Source: Chiloscyllium plagiosum | Lineage: Eukaryota | DNA: 64,000 nucleotides | NCBI RefSeq assembly: GCF_004010195.1 | Contig: NC_057719.1 | Coordinates: forward strand, 50,457,008-50,521,007 | Direction: 5' to 3' | Shown: positions 62,801 to 64,000 of the stretch, piece after piece | Numbering within the stretch: the stretch's first letter is position 1 | How the letters are laid out: each line of letters opens with the position of its first letter | The notes under the pieces: generated by a model | Database searches by the model: none | What the model was told of the DNA's origin: nothing | What the model saw: only the letters and a program-made list of their open reading frames with translations | Translations under genes and position numbers: made by a program

Positions 62801-63331
62801 GGCCTATAGACTACTACTACCATTGTCTTTATCTTTGTTTTATTTTTTAGCTCCATCTGTGTAGATTTTAAAAATTCTAATTCAAGATCTTCTCATTACA
62901 GTGTCTGTGTAAGAACTATAAAATCATACCCATCAACCTGTATTTGTGTAATTAATTCATCGATTTTTATCTTTCCGAATATTATGCAGAGAAACATAGA
63001 ACGTAGAAACAGGAATAGACCACTTGGTCCTTTGAACCTGCTCCATCATTCAACACGACCATGGCTGATCATCCAACTCAGTCATTCTATTCCTGTTTTC
63101 TCCCCATGACCTTTGATCCCTTTCGTCTAACAACTATGTCTTAGCAAAAGCAGAAGTTGCTGGAAAAGCTCAGCAAGTCTGGCAGCATCTGTGGAGGGAG
63201 ATCAGAGTTATCGTTTGGGACCAAGTGACCTTTCCTCAGAACTATTATTTATACTTTAGGAATGTAACATTGTGTTTGGAAATTCAAATGTACTTTTAGT
63301 GTTGCGTTTTGATCTTGTTGATTTTTCACAG

Positions 63332-63363
63332 AAACAGGCAATCAGCTTGGGAGCAGCTTTGAG
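63332..63363 (+). CDS. KIAA0586: Candidate short KIAA0586 coding exon (32 nt, phase 0 to 2)
   Basis: Acceptor GATTTTTCACAG|, donor GAG|GTAGGC; KQAISLGAAL resembles recalled human THFISAAL, which follows the previous exon's peptide. Confidence 0.6.
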
Positions 63364-63466
63364 GTAGGCAGAAAAATCTGTAAAGCAATTAGAAGCTATA
63401 CCAGAGGGCTATGAGAAATTAACTGTTTCTGATTTGGAGTCATGAAGCAAAAATACACTGAGGTAT

Positions 63467-63786
63467 TAGATTAGATTACTTACAGTGTGGAAACAGGCAT
63501 TTCGGCCCAACAAGTCCACACCGACCCACCAAGTGCATCCACCTAGACCCATTCCCCTACATTTACCCCTTACCTAACACTACGGGCAATTTAGCATGGC
63601 CAATTCACCTAACCTGCACATTTTTGGACTGTGGGAGGAAATCGGAGCACCCGGAGGAAACCCACGGCAGACACGGGGAGAATGTGCAAACTCCACACAG
63701 TCAGTCGCCTGAGGTGGGAAGTGAACCTGGGTCTCTGGCGCTGTGAGGCAGCAGTGCTGCCCACTCTGCCACCATGCCGCCCATCG
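63467..63786 (-). mobile_element. HE1-type SINE, full length
   Basis: (TTAGA)n tail, GGCAATTTAGCATGGCCAATTCACC, head ...GCCACCATGCCGCCC. Confidence 0.92.
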
Positions 63787-64000
63787 TGCATGTTCTTGAA
63801 CTGGGGAGTCCACAAGCATAAAATGGTTTTGAGGGTTTGTCCTGCAAAATGCTGGAGAAACTCCCAAGAATAATGAGAACACTAGGGAGAGTCAAAGTGA
63901 AATCCTGAGTGCTGTGGCAGATCTTGGTTTAGTCCTAGGTACACTCAGAATACTGTAAAACATAGGAGAACTCTAGGATGAGGAAGTGCTGTTGCTGATG

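Overview
Vertebrate genomic DNA, most likely a cartilaginous fish (shark), judged from HE1 V-SINEs and HER1/CR1 LINEs. One protein-coding gene is recognisable: the 5' part of KIAA0586/TALPID3 on the + strand. It starts in a CpG-rich promoter (~1.9-3.4 kb) and continues through phase-consistent exons at 3139, 16790, a candidate at 26449, 31395, 44655, 55383 and 63332. Minus-strand splice donors in the promoter suggest a head-to-head partner gene (TIMM9 by human synteny; inferred only). The introns are mostly nested transposon debris: many CR1 LINEs, HE1 SINEs, a two-LTR Gmr1-type Gypsy element (integrase before RT), a pogo/Tigger-like MITE, and numerous Penelope-like insertions that form fold-back palindromes with long TSDs and carry minimal hammerhead ribozymes. 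The least explained structure is a ~1.45 kb same-orientation mosaic array (13876-15335) of tRNA-derived modules, two CCA-less tRNA copies (Val, Ser) and promoter-like modules, repeatedly joined by a short GGTCTGCT(TTA) linker. All family assignments are from recognition by eye, not database searches, and most repeat boundaries are approximate.
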